A stretch of 64,000 nt of DNA from a virus (IMGVR_UViG_3300021431_002946:289291-353290); one strand, 5' to 3'; positions 27,658 to 37,472 are shown, numbered from the stretch's first letter. Notes: generated by a model from the letters alone, not told the origin. Made by a program: numbers and translations.

Positions 27658-28164
27658 ATGATTGAACAAATATATAAGAGAGCTGATGGTTCTAAGTACA
27701 CATGTAAAGAAGTAATTTCTACGATTGCAGAATTTATTGCTAAAAATCCTGATTATGAGTACGAACTTACTGTAGGTACAGACTCTCAGACTTTCGCAGA
27801 TCATACTAAGATTGTAGAAGTTATTGCTCTTCATAGACTTGGTCACGGTGGTATTTACTTTTATCATATTGATTATGTTGAAAAGTTTAGAACACTTAGA
27901 GATAAGATTTATGAAGAAACAGCAAGATCTCTTGAAGTATCTAAAGATATGCTACTTGATGTTGCTGTAATTCTTGATGAAAAAGGAATAAACATTGACG
28001 ATATTAATGTTCACTTCCAAATTCATTGCGATATTGGTACATCTGGTAAGACAAAAGAACTTATTAAGGAAATCGTTGGTTGGGTAACATCTGAAGGTTA
28101 CGACTGCCTTATTAAACCTGACTCTTATACTGCAAACGCTATTGCAGATAGATATTCTAAGTAA
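27658..28164 (+). CDS. YkuK/DUF458-like RNase H-fold protein (tentative)
   Basis: VGTDSQ motif near the N-terminus and ~165 aa length. Confidence 0.35.
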   Translation: MIEQIYKRADGSKYTCKEVISTIAEFIAKNPDYEYELTVGTDSQTFADHTKIVEVIALHRLGHGGIYFYHIDYVEKFRTLRDKIYEETARSLEVSKDMLLDVAVILDEKGINIDDINVHFQIHCDIGTSGKTKELIKEIVGWVTSEGYDCLIKPDSYTANAIADRYSK

Positions 28165-28167
28165 GAT

Positions 28168-28203
28168 CACTGGTTATGTGTAATAGCATAACCAGTTTTT
28201 ATT
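28168..28203 (+). terminator. intrinsic terminator
   Basis: ACTGGTTATG..CATAACCAGT + T5. Confidence 0.7.
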
Positions 28204-28230
28204 TACGTATAATTTTTTATATGATATAAT
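28202..28230 (+). promoter_or_regulatory. TTTACG-N17-TATAAT promoter
   Basis: exact consensus. Confidence 0.6.
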
Positions 28231-28257
28231 ATATAAAATTTAATTAGGAGATTAATT

Positions 28258-28764
28258 ATGTATATACCTGCAAATGAAGAAGAAAGAAAATATCTTGAAA
28301 AATATGATCCTAATAAGTATGCAAAGCCTTGTGTAACTGTTGATCTTATTGTTTATATTAAGGGTTTAGGTTTACTTCAGGTAAAGAGAGGCAATTATCC
28401 TTATAAGGATTATTGGGCATTGCCTGGAGGTTTTCTTGATGTTGGTAAAGAAAATACAGAAGAAGCTGCAATAAGAGAACTTAAAGAAGAAACTAATCTT
28501 GACGTAAATGTTGATCAGCTTACACTTGTTGGAGTATATAGTAATCCTGAAAGAGACCCTAGAGATCATGTAGTAGATATAGTATACACAATTGAGCTTG
28601 ATAGTTCTTATATAGATAAAGTAAAAGCTGGAGATGATGCTAAAGAAACAAGATTTGTTCAGTTAAATAGAGGTCCTGTTACTGATGATCCTACATATAG
28701 TAAAGAACTGCCTATGGCATTTGATCATAATAAGATTATTAAAGATTGGATGAATAAAAGATGA
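28258..28764 (+). CDS. NUDIX hydrolase (ADP-ribose/NAD pyrophosphatase-like)
   Basis: Nudix box GGFLDVGKENTEEAAIRELKEETNL. Confidence 0.85.
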   Translation: MYIPANEEERKYLEKYDPNKYAKPCVTVDLIVYIKGLGLLQVKRGNYPYKDYWALPGGFLDVGKENTEEAAIRELKEETNLDVNVDQLTLVGVYSNPERDPRDHVVDIVYTIELDSSYIDKVKAGDDAKETRFVQLNRGPVTDDPTYSKELPMAFDHNKIIKDWMNKR

Positions 28765-29387
28765 CTCGTACAATAGATCCGTCAAATATACCATCTTCGT
28801 CTGGTTATAATTTTGGAAAACCTAATTGGACTACGCTTATTAATTCTGGTAAGTGGAATTCAAGTATGAGTTCAAAATGTTCTGCGTGGGTTACTAGTCC
28901 TTATCAAAAGATAAAGTCAAATAATAATTCACAAGAAATGGTTAATAAAGATAAATTTACTCCTTGTTTGATTGGAGTAAAAACAGGTCATTATATTGAA
29001 GTAATTAAGTCTTTAAATGAAGGCAAGTTAAATAAAACTGGTAAAATACTTTTAAAGTATTATAAAGATATTAAAAATATTGATAAGTTAATAAATAATG
29101 GAACGATAAAAAAAGTTACAGAATATGCAGAGGACATAGAAAAAGTTAATAAAACATTTGATATTCAAAATTATTGTACAATTAAAGAAGTTATAGATTT
29201 TGCATCTAAAAGTAAAATTTCAATTATTTATATTTATGATGTAGATTTTGGTCAATGGTTTGTAAATGCAACAACAATTTCATTAGCAGATTATTCTTTT
29301 TATAATTTTTATAATTCTGTATCAATTACTTTAGATGATTCTGATAGTGCAAGATTTGTTTTATTAAAGGATTTGCTTAATTATTAA
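28761..29387 (+). CDS. hypothetical protein
   Basis: 208-aa ORF overlapping the upstream stop. Confidence 0.5.
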   Translation: MTRTIDPSNIPSSSGYNFGKPNWTTLINSGKWNSSMSSKCSAWVTSPYQKIKSNNNSQEMVNKDKFTPCLIGVKTGHYIEVIKSLNEGKLNKTGKILLKYYKDIKNIDKLINNGTIKKVTEYAEDIEKVNKTFDIQNYCTIKEVIDFASKSKISIIYIYDVDFGQWFVNATTISLADYSFYNFYNSVSITLDDSDSARFVLLKDLLNY

Positions 29388-29558
29388 TGTTAATAACTAA
29401 AATAAAAGATAATATGTTAGATTTTCCTTGTATATTTGCAGTTAAAGATGGTATCTATTTTAAATAACTGTAATATTGTATTTTATGATGATAGTCAAGA
29501 CGGTTTTATAAATTTAAATGATTTATATAATATATTAAGTAAATAAGGAGTTAAAATT

Positions 29559-29705
29559 ATGAACATTGAAGAACTTTTAAACAAAATACAAAATTTTAAT
29601 GAATTTACTGCAGAAGAGAAAGCATTTTTGATACAAGCTGTAGCGGACGCTGAGAATTATAAAAGCAGAGCTAATCAAGATGAAGATATTTTTTATGGTG
29701 ATTAA
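29559..29705 (+). CDS. small hypothetical protein (48 aa)
   Basis: AAGGAG RBS; not in the ORF track. Confidence 0.4.
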   Translation: MNIEELLNKIQNFNEFTAEEKAFLIQAVADAENYKSRANQDEDIFYGD

Positions 29706-29708
29706 AAT

Positions 29709-30080
29709 ATGAAAACAGTTGCATTACTATTTATTATTCTTGCATTTATTGGATTATTTATTGTCTTATTAGCTAATACAACTAAGTTTGGTGAAATTGG
29801 AATTGGACTATTTGTATTAGGTTTAGCAGGATTTGCATTTAATATGTTAATTTTTGGATCAAATAAAATTCCTAGATTAGAAATACATGAATATACTTCA
29901 CCATATTATAATATTGCACAAATGGCGGAAGAAAATAAAGCAAAGATAGAAAATGTAACTTGTAATGAGAGATTAGTTTATACTAGAAATAAGAGAACTA
30001 ATGAAACTGAATGGATTTATTATAAACTTGATGATAGATTAATTGCTAAAGAAACTGAAGCTACTAAAAAGAAAAAATAA
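29709..30080 (+). CDS. small membrane protein (2 TM)
   Basis: hydrophobic N-terminal half. Confidence 0.5.
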   Translation: MKTVALLFIILAFIGLFIVLLANTTKFGEIGIGLFVLGLAGFAFNMLIFGSNKIPRLEIHEYTSPYYNIAQMAEENKAKIENVTCNERLVYTRNKRTNETEWIYYKLDDRLIAKETEATKKKK

Positions 30081-30092
30081 GGAGTTAGTTAT

Positions 30093-30512
30093 ATGATAAA
30101 TAGTTTTAAGGGCGAATATTATTTTTTGTCTAATTTTTATGAAGTGCCTGTTTTCTTTGATGGAATTCAATATAAAAATTCAGAAGCAGCATTTCAAGCA
30201 CAGAAATGTGAAAATTTTGAAGATAGAAAAGCATTTAGTCAATTAAATGCATCTGAAGCAAAACTTAAAGGTAGAAGAGTTAAGTTAAGATCTGATTGGG
30301 AATCAGTTAAGATTGATCTTATGACTAAGATCGTAGAAGCGAAGTTTACTCAAAATAAAGAACTTGCTCAAAAGCTCATTAATACTGGTTCTGAATATCT
30401 TGAAGAAGGTAATCATTGGGGAGATAAAGTTTGGGGAACGGTTAACGGAATAGGTCAAAATAATCTTGGCAAGATTCTTATGCAAATAAGAGATAAATTG
30501 AAAAATGGTTAA
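30093..30512 (+). CDS. NADAR-domain protein (YbiA-like ADP-ribose processing hydrolase)
   Basis: FLSNFY..FDGIQY..SEAAFQAQK..DWESVK..HWGDK aligns closely with E. coli YbiA. Confidence 0.85.
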   Translation: MINSFKGEYYFLSNFYEVPVFFDGIQYKNSEAAFQAQKCENFEDRKAFSQLNASEAKLKGRRVKLRSDWESVKIDLMTKIVEAKFTQNKELAQKLINTGSEYLEEGNHWGDKVWGTVNGIGQNNLGKILMQIRDKLKNG

Positions 30513-30522
30513 TTAAAAATTA

Positions 30523-30551
30523 TTTACAAGTAACCAAAATTAGTATAAAAT
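30523..30551 (+). promoter_or_regulatory. TTTACA-N17-TAAAAT promoter
   Basis: motif read directly. Confidence 0.5.
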
Positions 30552-30636
30552 AATATCAATACAAATTTTGGAGGTATACTATGAAATGTTAGTTTTGTGG
30601 AAGTAAGGGAATTTTAATTAATGAAAGGAAAAAGAA

Positions 30637-31656
30637 ATGTCAAGAAATTTTAATTTTTCAGAACTAAACTCAAATAGAAATAAGATGCCTATAATTGCTA
30701 AGCTGATTATAGCAGGTATTATTATTGTTCTATTAATTATTTGCGGGTTTAGATGTTTTTATTCAGTAAATGAGCAGCATAATGCAGTAGTAACTCAGTT
30801 TGGTACTGTACTTAAGGTAGATACTGCAGGTTTCTATTTTAAGGCACCTTGGCAGTCAGTAAAGAAAGTTGATATGACTACGCATGGTACGCCAATTGGT
30901 TATTCAATTCAAGATGGTCAGAATATTCCTAATACAGATGATGGTATTATGATTACAGAAGATTACAACTTCTTGAATATTGACTTTTATATGGAATATG
31001 CTGTATCAGATCCTATTGCATATTTGTATAATACAAAAAATCCTGAACTTGTTTTAAGAAGTATTGCTCAGGCAAATATTAGAACTATTGTTTCTAACTA
31101 TACAGTTGATGAAGCAATGACAACTGCAAAGGGACAGATTCAGGCAGATATTAAACAGGCAATTATTGATGAGCTTGATAAGAATAATATCGGTCTTAAG
31201 ATTATCAATATTACAATTCAGGACTCAGAACCTCCTAAGGATGAAATTAAAGCTGCATTCCAGTCTGTAGAAAATGCAAAGCAGAATGCAGATACTGCAA
31301 TGAATAAGGCTAAGGAATATCAGAATAGTCAGCTTCCTGCAGCTCAGGCTAAAGCTGATAATATTGTTAAGCAGGCTGAAGCTGATAAGGCTGCAAGAAT
31401 TGCAGAAGCTAAAGGTCAGGTTGAAAGATTTAATAAGATGTATGAAGAATATAAGCAGTTTCCTCTTGTAACTAAGACAAGACTTTTCTATGAAAAGATG
31501 GAAAAGGTACTGCCTGGTTGTAAGATTATTATTACAGATGGAAAGACTTCTACTGTATATCCATTGGATTCTTTTACAAAGTCTAATACAAAACCGCCTT
31601 ATGCAACATCTAATACAACAACTGATACGACTACAACTGATGGAGGAAATGGTTAA
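30637..31656 (+). CDS. hflK: SPFH/band-7 protein, HflK-like
   Basis: N-terminal TM, SPFH core, Q/A-rich coiled coil, S/T-rich tail. Confidence 0.7.
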   Translation: MSRNFNFSELNSNRNKMPIIAKLIIAGIIIVLLIICGFRCFYSVNEQHNAVVTQFGTVLKVDTAGFYFKAPWQSVKKVDMTTHGTPIGYSIQDGQNIPNTDDGIMITEDYNFLNIDFYMEYAVSDPIAYLYNTKNPELVLRSIAQANIRTIVSNYTVDEAMTTAKGQIQADIKQAIIDELDKNNIGLKIINITIQDSEPPKDEIKAAFQSVENAKQNADTAMNKAKEYQNSQLPAAQAKADNIVKQAEADKAARIAEAKGQVERFNKMYEEYKQFPLVTKTRLFYEKMEKVLPGCKIIITDGKTSTVYPLDSFTKSNTKPPYATSNTTTDTTTTDGGNG

Positions 31657-31657
31657 T

Positions 31658-32533
31658 ATGAAGAAGTATATAATTGGAATTTTAGCAGTTATTGCAGTAC
31701 TTATTGGAATTATTATCTTCTTGGCTTCTGCATATACAGTAAAGACCAAGGAATCTGCAATTGTAGTAAGACTTGGTAAAGCTCAGACAATTGTAACTGA
31801 GACTGGTCTTCATACACATACACCTTTTATTGAGTCAACAGTAAAGATTTATATGGGTGAAGTTTTGTATGATATGCCTAAGTCAGATGTAATTACTTCA
31901 GATAAGAAATCAATGATTGCAGATAATTATGTTATTTGGGAAGTTACAGATCCTTTGAAGTATTACCAGACACTTGGTGGTGTTAAGGGTAGAGCAGAAG
32001 AAAGAGTTGAAGCTGCAGTTTATAATGCAACTAAGAACACAATTTCTTCAATGACTCAGGAAGAAATTATTGCTGCAAGAGGTATGACTCTTACAAATGC
32101 AATTACAACAGCGTCTAATTCTGATATTGCTCAGTATGGTATTAATATTAAAATTGCTGAAATTAAGGCGCTTGATCTTCCTGACAATAACAAAGCTGCA
32201 GTTTATAATAGAATGATTTCTGAAAGACAGAATATTGCAGCAGGTTATAAGGCGCAGGGTGATAGAGAAGCACAGATTGTTATAAATGAAACAGATAAGC
32301 AGGTTGCAATTATAATTGCTGATGCTGAAGCAAAGGCTGCAATTTCTAGAGCTGAAGGCGAAGCTGAGTACATGAAGATTTTGTCAGCTGCTTATAATGA
32401 TAAGGATAAGGCTGCATTCTATAATTATCTTAGAGGTCTTGATGCTCTTGAAGCTCTTGCAAAGTCAGACTCTACAATCATTCTTGATAAGAACTCTGAA
32501 TATGCAAAGATTCTTTATGGAATTAGCAAGTAA
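31658..32533 (+). CDS. hflC: SPFH/band-7 protein, HflC-like
   Basis: RBS-supported ATG at 31658 (the 31490 TTG/ATG extension is rejected); TM + SPFH domain. Confidence 0.7.
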   Translation: MKKYIIGILAVIAVLIGIIIFLASAYTVKTKESAIVVRLGKAQTIVTETGLHTHTPFIESTVKIYMGEVLYDMPKSDVITSDKKSMIADNYVIWEVTDPLKYYQTLGGVKGRAEERVEAAVYNATKNTISSMTQEEIIAARGMTLTNAITTASNSDIAQYGINIKIAEIKALDLPDNNKAAVYNRMISERQNIAAGYKAQGDREAQIVINETDKQVAIIIADAEAKAAISRAEGEAEYMKILSAAYNDKDKAAFYNYLRGLDALEALAKSDSTIILDKNSEYAKILYGISK

Positions 32534-32556
32534 AAATAATTTTATATTATAATGAA

Positions 32557-32586
32557 AGAGCCTATTTTATATAGGCTCTTTTTTAT
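32557..32586 (+). terminator. intrinsic terminator
   Basis: AGAGCCTAT..ATAGGCTCT + T7. Confidence 0.7.
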
Positions 32587-32615
32587 TTACAATTTGATTA
32601 CAATGATATTATAAT
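32586..32615 (+). promoter_or_regulatory. TTTACA-N18-TATAAT promoter
   Basis: motif read directly. Confidence 0.55.
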
Positions 32616-32754
32616 ATTTTTAATGAAGTAAATTATAAAGAATTTAAGAAGTTTATTTGTATTATGAATGAAAATATACAAATATATGGATCAGAACAAG
32701 CATTCATTATGAATGCTATAGAGTATGACTGCTATATTTTAAAGGTTAAATGAT

Positions 32755-33216
32755 ATGGATATTGGTAGTGGAAATGGTTATCCAGCTGGAAGTTTATCTA
32801 ACTTTGCACCTCATAGATTTATAATTGATGGAGTAGAATGCGCTTCTATGGAAGGCTTTTTACAGTCATTGAAATTTAGCAATCCTGACATGCAAAAAGA
32901 AGTTTGTAAGTTAGTAGGTAGAGCAGCTAAATCTAAAGGTATTAATAAAAACTGGCAGCAAAAACAGATTCTTTATTGGCAAGGAAAAACCTATAAGAGA
33001 AATAGTCAAGAATATCAAGATTTACTTGATAAAGCTTTTAATGCTTTAGCTGAAAATACATCATTTCAAAAAGCATTATTGGCTACTGAAAATGCTACTT
33101 TGACTCATAGTAAAGGTAAAAATAAAATTACAGAAACTGTTTTAACTACTAGAGAATTTATTTCTAGATTAAATAGAATAAGAAGTGAATTAAAGAATAA
33201 AGATAATACTAAGTAA
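32755..33216 (+). CDS. second, divergent NADAR-domain protein
   Basis: SLSNFAPHRFIIDGVECASMEGFLQSLKF and FQKALLATENATLTHS align with YbiA. Confidence 0.7.
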   Translation: MDIGSGNGYPAGSLSNFAPHRFIIDGVECASMEGFLQSLKFSNPDMQKEVCKLVGRAAKSKGINKNWQQKQILYWQGKTYKRNSQEYQDLLDKAFNALAENTSFQKALLATENATLTHSKGKNKITETVLTTREFISRLNRIRSELKNKDNTK

Positions 33217-33241
33217 GAAACAAAAATTAGGTGGTGACAAT

Positions 33242-33394
33242 ATGAATTATTGGAAAGAAAAAATAGAATCAGAAGATTTTGTACTTTTTTATCATAGTAA
33301 AGATAGTTGGAGTCAAAATGATACTTATACAGCACCAAACATCACTAGAGAAAAAAGCATGAACTATATATTAATTAAAGGACTATTTAATTAA
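33242..33394 (+). CDS. small hypothetical protein (50 aa)
   Basis: AGGTGGTGA RBS; not in the ORF track. Confidence 0.35.
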   Translation: MNYWKEKIESEDFVLFYHSKDSWSQNDTYTAPNITREKSMNYILIKGLFN

Positions 33395-33422
33395 AAATAT
33401 AGTAATATAAGGAGTCCATAAT

Positions 33423-34223
33423 ATGATTTTAGATGAATATAAAGATATTTTAGAAAAGGTAGACGAAATACTTCCGCCTAGAGAATGTATTGCATTTAAT
33501 TTTTCTGATGATTTTACAACAGTATTTGATAATAAGCTTGGAGGTATTCCATATTATCCAAAAGATAAAGAATATCCAATAAATATGAAAACTGGAGAAC
33601 CTTTAGCATTATTGGTTCAAATTAATTTTGATACATTTAAGTCTATTCCTAATTATCCTGAAACTGGAATTCTTCAAATCTATATTTCTACTGAAGATTA
33701 TGGTATGAATTTTAATGACCAAACAGATAATACTGGATTTAGAATAATTTATCATAAAGATATTATTGAAGATACCTCAAAGTTACTTAATGAAATACCA
33801 TATAATACTGAAGATCTTCCATATCAGAAAGAATATAAGCTTATTCCAACTGAACCTTATAAAATGTATGCTTCTATGAAAGAAGCAGATTTTGAGCCTA
33901 CTTTTGTTGAAGAATATAATAAGTTAAGAAATGCAAATGCTGAATATATAGATGATATTGATGAAGAGCTAGAAAGAGCATTATATGAAAGAAATGAATC
34001 TCAGTATTTATGGCTTGGGGGTTATCCCACGTTTACCCAGGATGATCCCAGAACTACTCCTAAATATAGTAAATATGATTTAGTATTATTTGCTTCAGAT
34101 ACATATTCTGACGATTATGATTTCATGTGGGGAGATGCAGGAACTGCTCAATTCTTTATAACCGAAGAAGCATTGAAAAATTTAGATTTTTCAGATATTC
34201 TATACAATTGGGATTGTTGTTAA
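33423..34223 (+). CDS. DUF1963/YwqG-like protein (tentative)
   Basis: KLGGIPYYP..LALLVQINF and C-terminal WGDAGTAQFFI resemble the YwqG family. Confidence 0.5.
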   Translation: MILDEYKDILEKVDEILPPRECIAFNFSDDFTTVFDNKLGGIPYYPKDKEYPINMKTGEPLALLVQINFDTFKSIPNYPETGILQIYISTEDYGMNFNDQTDNTGFRIIYHKDIIEDTSKLLNEIPYNTEDLPYQKEYKLIPTEPYKMYASMKEADFEPTFVEEYNKLRNANAEYIDDIDEELERALYERNESQYLWLGGYPTFTQDDPRTTPKYSKYDLVLFASDTYSDDYDFMWGDAGTAQFFITEEALKNLDFSDILYNWDCC

Positions 34224-34251
34224 AATAAAATCAAAACTAAAATATATAAAA

Positions 34252-34280
34252 ATGGTCTACTTTTGTAGATCATTTTTTAT
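34252..34280 (+). terminator. intrinsic terminator
   Basis: ATGGTCTAC..GTAGATCAT + T7. Confidence 0.65.
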
Positions 34281-34308
34281 TTACGCATGTTATTATAAAA
34301 GATATAAT
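34279..34308 (+). promoter_or_regulatory. TTTACG-N18-TATAAT promoter
   Basis: motif read directly. Confidence 0.55.
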
Positions 34309-34452
34309 AAAATTAATTTTATAATAAAGGAGTCTAATTATGCAGTTTGGAATATCTTTTATTTTAACAATTTTTGTAATTTTGATTATTATTTTTACTA
34401 GAGGATAAAAAAATAATTCCATTTTAGTATAATATATGATATAATAGATTAT

Positions 34453-35043
34453 ATGAAATATACATCAGAACAAATACATAAAATTATTGATGATTATGAT
34501 ACTTTATGTGATAAAGTATTAGTTCATTTGCGTAAAAATTATGATCCTGAACTAGACTTAATAGATGAAATTTCGTGTATTTATCTAAATACAGAATCAA
34601 TATTTTTAGTTAGAGCTGCTAAATTTGAAAACTATAAAAAAATAGAAAGAAGATATAGATTTAGAGAGTCATTATTCTTTGAAAATAAAGCGTATAATAT
34701 AATTAAAAAATATAAAAATTTATGCTTCGAAATACAAAATAGATTATGTACAGATAAAGTATTTATATTGACTACTAATTATTATATATATAAAGTTTAT
34801 TATGTAAAAACAAGAAAGCATCAAAATTTAATAAAATATATAATAAATGATGCTTTTTATACACGAAATACTATTGCTAAAAATAATTATATACCAGAAT
34901 TTTGGTTAACATGTTCAAAAAAAGATTTAAATAGCGCAAAAAATAAAACAAACGCTATATTAAAAATTATAAATAAAAATTTAGATAATTATTATGAAAT
35001 AAGAGAAGAAACGCATAATATAAAAGATGAAGAAGAAACTTAA
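34453..35043 (+). CDS. paralog 1 of a 5-gene tandem family (hypothetical, MKYT.. start, apparently leaderless)
   Basis: shared motifs IIDDYDxLC, YK(V/I)YY(V/I)K, (E/N)WL(E/N)YSx(E/D)QL(D/E)R; TATAAT 9 nt upstream of the ATG, no SD. Confidence 0.55.
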   Translation: MKYTSEQIHKIIDDYDTLCDKVLVHLRKNYDPELDLIDEISCIYLNTESIFLVRAAKFENYKKIERRYRFRESLFFENKAYNIIKKYKNLCFEIQNRLCTDKVFILTTNYYIYKVYYVKTRKHQNLIKYIINDAFYTRNTIAKNNYIPEFWLTCSKKDLNSAKNKTNAILKIINKNLDNYYEIREETHNIKDEEET

Positions 35044-35629
35044 TACAAAGTCAATAACATATTATAAAAATCGTGAAGATATACAAAAAATTATCAATGA
35101 TTATGATAATCTTTGTAGGTTTGTAGAATCTCTTTTAAAAGATGTGTATAGTGATCTTATTGAATTTGATTATCTTGAACAAATTATATGTATAAAAAAT
35201 ACTGAACTTTTAGAGTATTATGCAATATTATGTATACATAAAAATAAAAAAACAGTAAGAACAAAATTTAATATATATTTAGGTGAATTAATAAGATTTA
35301 AGCCAGACATAGAATGTATACTTAATCGTTATTATGATGTATGTACTAATATATATCATATATTGCAAAGATTGAATATAAGATGCGGAATAAATGAATT
35401 TGTATATAAAATATATTATATAAAAAATACTAAAAAGCAAGGACGTCTTGCAGTTCTTACTTATAATCTAGAAACAGATAAGATTAAGAATTGTTTGTCT
35501 ATTGTAGATAAATGGTTAGAATATTCAAATGATCAATTAGACAGAGTATATCTTATATTGACTACATTACCTTTTGAAGATCAATATCTTGCGCTTAGAC
35601 ACATAACTCATGATGATATAGGAAATTAA
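35027..35629 (+). CDS. paralog 2 of the tandem family
   Basis: IINDYDNLC, KIYYIKNTKKQ, EWLEYSNDQLDRV. Confidence 0.55.
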   Translation: MKKKLNTKSITYYKNREDIQKIINDYDNLCRFVESLLKDVYSDLIEFDYLEQIICIKNTELLEYYAILCIHKNKKTVRTKFNIYLGELIRFKPDIECILNRYYDVCTNIYHILQRLNIRCGINEFVYKIYYIKNTKKQGRLAVLTYNLETDKIKNCLSIVDKWLEYSNDQLDRVYLILTTLPFEDQYLALRHITHDDIGN

Positions 35630-35633
35630 AATA

Positions 35634-36266
35634 ATGCATATAAGAATATATATAAAGAAAACAATAAAAGAATATGAAAACTTACTTAAAAAAGTAGGTA
35701 AAATTGTTAAGAATAAAGTTAATGTAGAATTTGATTTTGTTGATAGTGTATATTATACAGAGTATAAGTCTGAATGGCTTAAAAATATTAAAAAAATTTT
35801 AGTTACTGTATATTCTGCAAAAAATAATGAGCATTGTCAATATGAAATTGACACAGAAGAATTAACTAATCACGATATTAAAATAATTAAGAATTATAGA
35901 AAATTGTGCGATAAAGCTACTAGTATTTATAAAAGCACACAAATATCAAAATATCTTATTTTTAATAATACTTATTTTTATAAAACTATTATGTTTAATC
36001 CTGTAAATGAAAATGCAAATGTATATAAAATATATTATTCAACAAATAATACAAATAAATTAAGTTTAAAATTTTATGACCCATCTATAAAGTTTTATTT
36101 TGCAAAACATAATATAATTCATGATGATTGGTTAGACTCTAATATAACAAATTATACTTTTAATAACTATATAACAAATTTATATCGTATAATATTTAAA
36201 CGCTATAAACAATCTTCAGATTTTATAAAATTAAGAGCAATGACGCATAAAGGCATATTAGATTGA
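35634..36266 (+). CDS. paralog 3 of the tandem family (more divergent)
   Basis: KIYYSTNNTNK and DWLDSNITNY motifs. Confidence 0.5.
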   Translation: MHIRIYIKKTIKEYENLLKKVGKIVKNKVNVEFDFVDSVYYTEYKSEWLKNIKKILVTVYSAKNNEHCQYEIDTEELTNHDIKIIKNYRKLCDKATSIYKSTQISKYLIFNNTYFYKTIMFNPVNENANVYKIYYSTNNTNKLSLKFYDPSIKFYFAKHNIIHDDWLDSNITNYTFNNYITNLYRIIFKRYKQSSDFIKLRAMTHKGILD

Positions 36267-36856
36267 TTACGTATATGAAATATACTGAAGAATATCTACA
36301 ACAAATTATAGATGATTATAATGAAGTAATTAAGAAAATTTATCATTTACTTCAGTATCAAAATTATGACATTATAGAGTATATTCTCTATAATGAATAT
36401 TATAATGTTATAGAAGTTTATGTTTATTCTATTGACACTCATTATAAATTACGTATAAAGCAACTTGATAAGTGTGAAATAGGCGCAGAAGTTTTTTCTA
36501 AAAAAGAAATTAAAGCAATAAAAGATTATATTGAAGTTTGTGATAAACTTACTAATATTATTAGATATGTATATAGGAATTATTCATATTTAAACGTAGT
36601 TAGATTTTATTTTGTATCAAATAAATTAAATTTAAAAAGAAAATTAGCTTTTGGAACTACGCATATAGTTAAAAATTCACAAACTGGTTTACATAAATAT
36701 GAACATTGTCATATATCTCCAAAATGGTTATCTTATTCTGATGAGCAGCTAAATAGAGTAAGATATAAATTAGGTATAATAAGAGCTGGAATAAAAAAAT
36801 ATAATGAAGTTTATTCGCGTTTAATAAGTAAAACACATCTTAACGTGACTAATTAA
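36263..36856 (+). CDS. paralog 4 of the tandem family
   Basis: MKYTEEYLQQIIDDYNEV and WLSYSDEQLNRV. Confidence 0.55.
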   Translation: MITYMKYTEEYLQQIIDDYNEVIKKIYHLLQYQNYDIIEYILYNEYYNVIEVYVYSIDTHYKLRIKQLDKCEIGAEVFSKKEIKAIKDYIEVCDKLTNIIRYVYRNYSYLNVVRFYFVSNKLNLKRKLAFGTTHIVKNSQTGLHKYEHCHISPKWLSYSDEQLNRVRYKLGIIRAGIKKYNEVYSRLISKTHLNVTN

Positions 36857-36890
36857 TTAGACTAAAATTACAATTTATTTACAAAAAATA

Positions 36891-36919
36891 TTTACGCATT
36901 TAAAAAAGTATATTATAAT
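36891..36919 (+). promoter_or_regulatory. TTTACG-N17-TATAAT promoter (a second TTTACA -35 lies 13 nt upstream); the -10 ends 11 nt before the ATG, so the mRNA is probably leaderless
   Basis: motif read directly. Confidence 0.55.
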
Positions 36920-36929
36920 AATATAATAT

Positions 36930-37472
36930 ATGAAGTATACACATGAGAATATACAATCTATTTTAAATGATTATAATAAGTTGGTTAAAAAGGTTGAACA
37001 CCAGCTTATTAAAAAGGGTAAATGCTTATACGTAAGAGGAATTATTTTATCTCATAATGAAAAATATATGCATATAGCATATGAAGTAGTTATTAATAAT
37101 CATACTAAAACTATATTAGAGTCTGTTAATATTAAGGATTTTAATAAGAATGATATTATGAGATTAAAGAAATATAGAGCAGTATATGATATAATAGATA
37201 AAATTCTTATACTTGCAGAAATAACTACATTAAATACGAGTACTGGTTTATTAAAATTTTATTATGAACCAACTAGAAAGAATAAGTTTGCAGTCATATT
37301 ATTTGATATAAAAAAATCAACTACATCAAAAGCTACTTTATATATACCTGAAAATTGGTTAAATTATTCTAATGAACAATTAGAAAGAGCTATTTCAAAA
37401 TATAATAATATAAAAAATTATTATAAACAATATAATGAAATAAGATCAAATACACATAAGGATATTACTTAA
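36930..37472 (+). CDS. paralog 5 of the tandem family
   Basis: MKYTHENIQSILNDYNKL, KFYYEPTRKNKF, NWLNYSNEQLERA. Confidence 0.55.
   Translation: MKYTHENIQSILNDYNKLVKKVEHQLIKKGKCLYVRGIILSHNEKYMHIAYEVVINNHTKTILESVNIKDFNKNDIMRLKKYRAVYDIIDKILILAEITTLNTSTGLLKFYYEPTRKNKFAVILFDIKKSTTSKATLYIPENWLNYSNEQLERAISKYNNIKNYYKQYNEIRSNTHKDIT

Noticed and set aside
31490-31657. Upstream extensions of listed ORFs (31490 for hflC, 46521 TTG for the NMNAT-NadE gene, 6356, 3571, 40379, 56908, 49201 TTG)
   Set aside because: The extensions overlap the upstream gene or promoter. An RBS-supported ATG exists downstream, and the conserved N-terminal motifs begin there.
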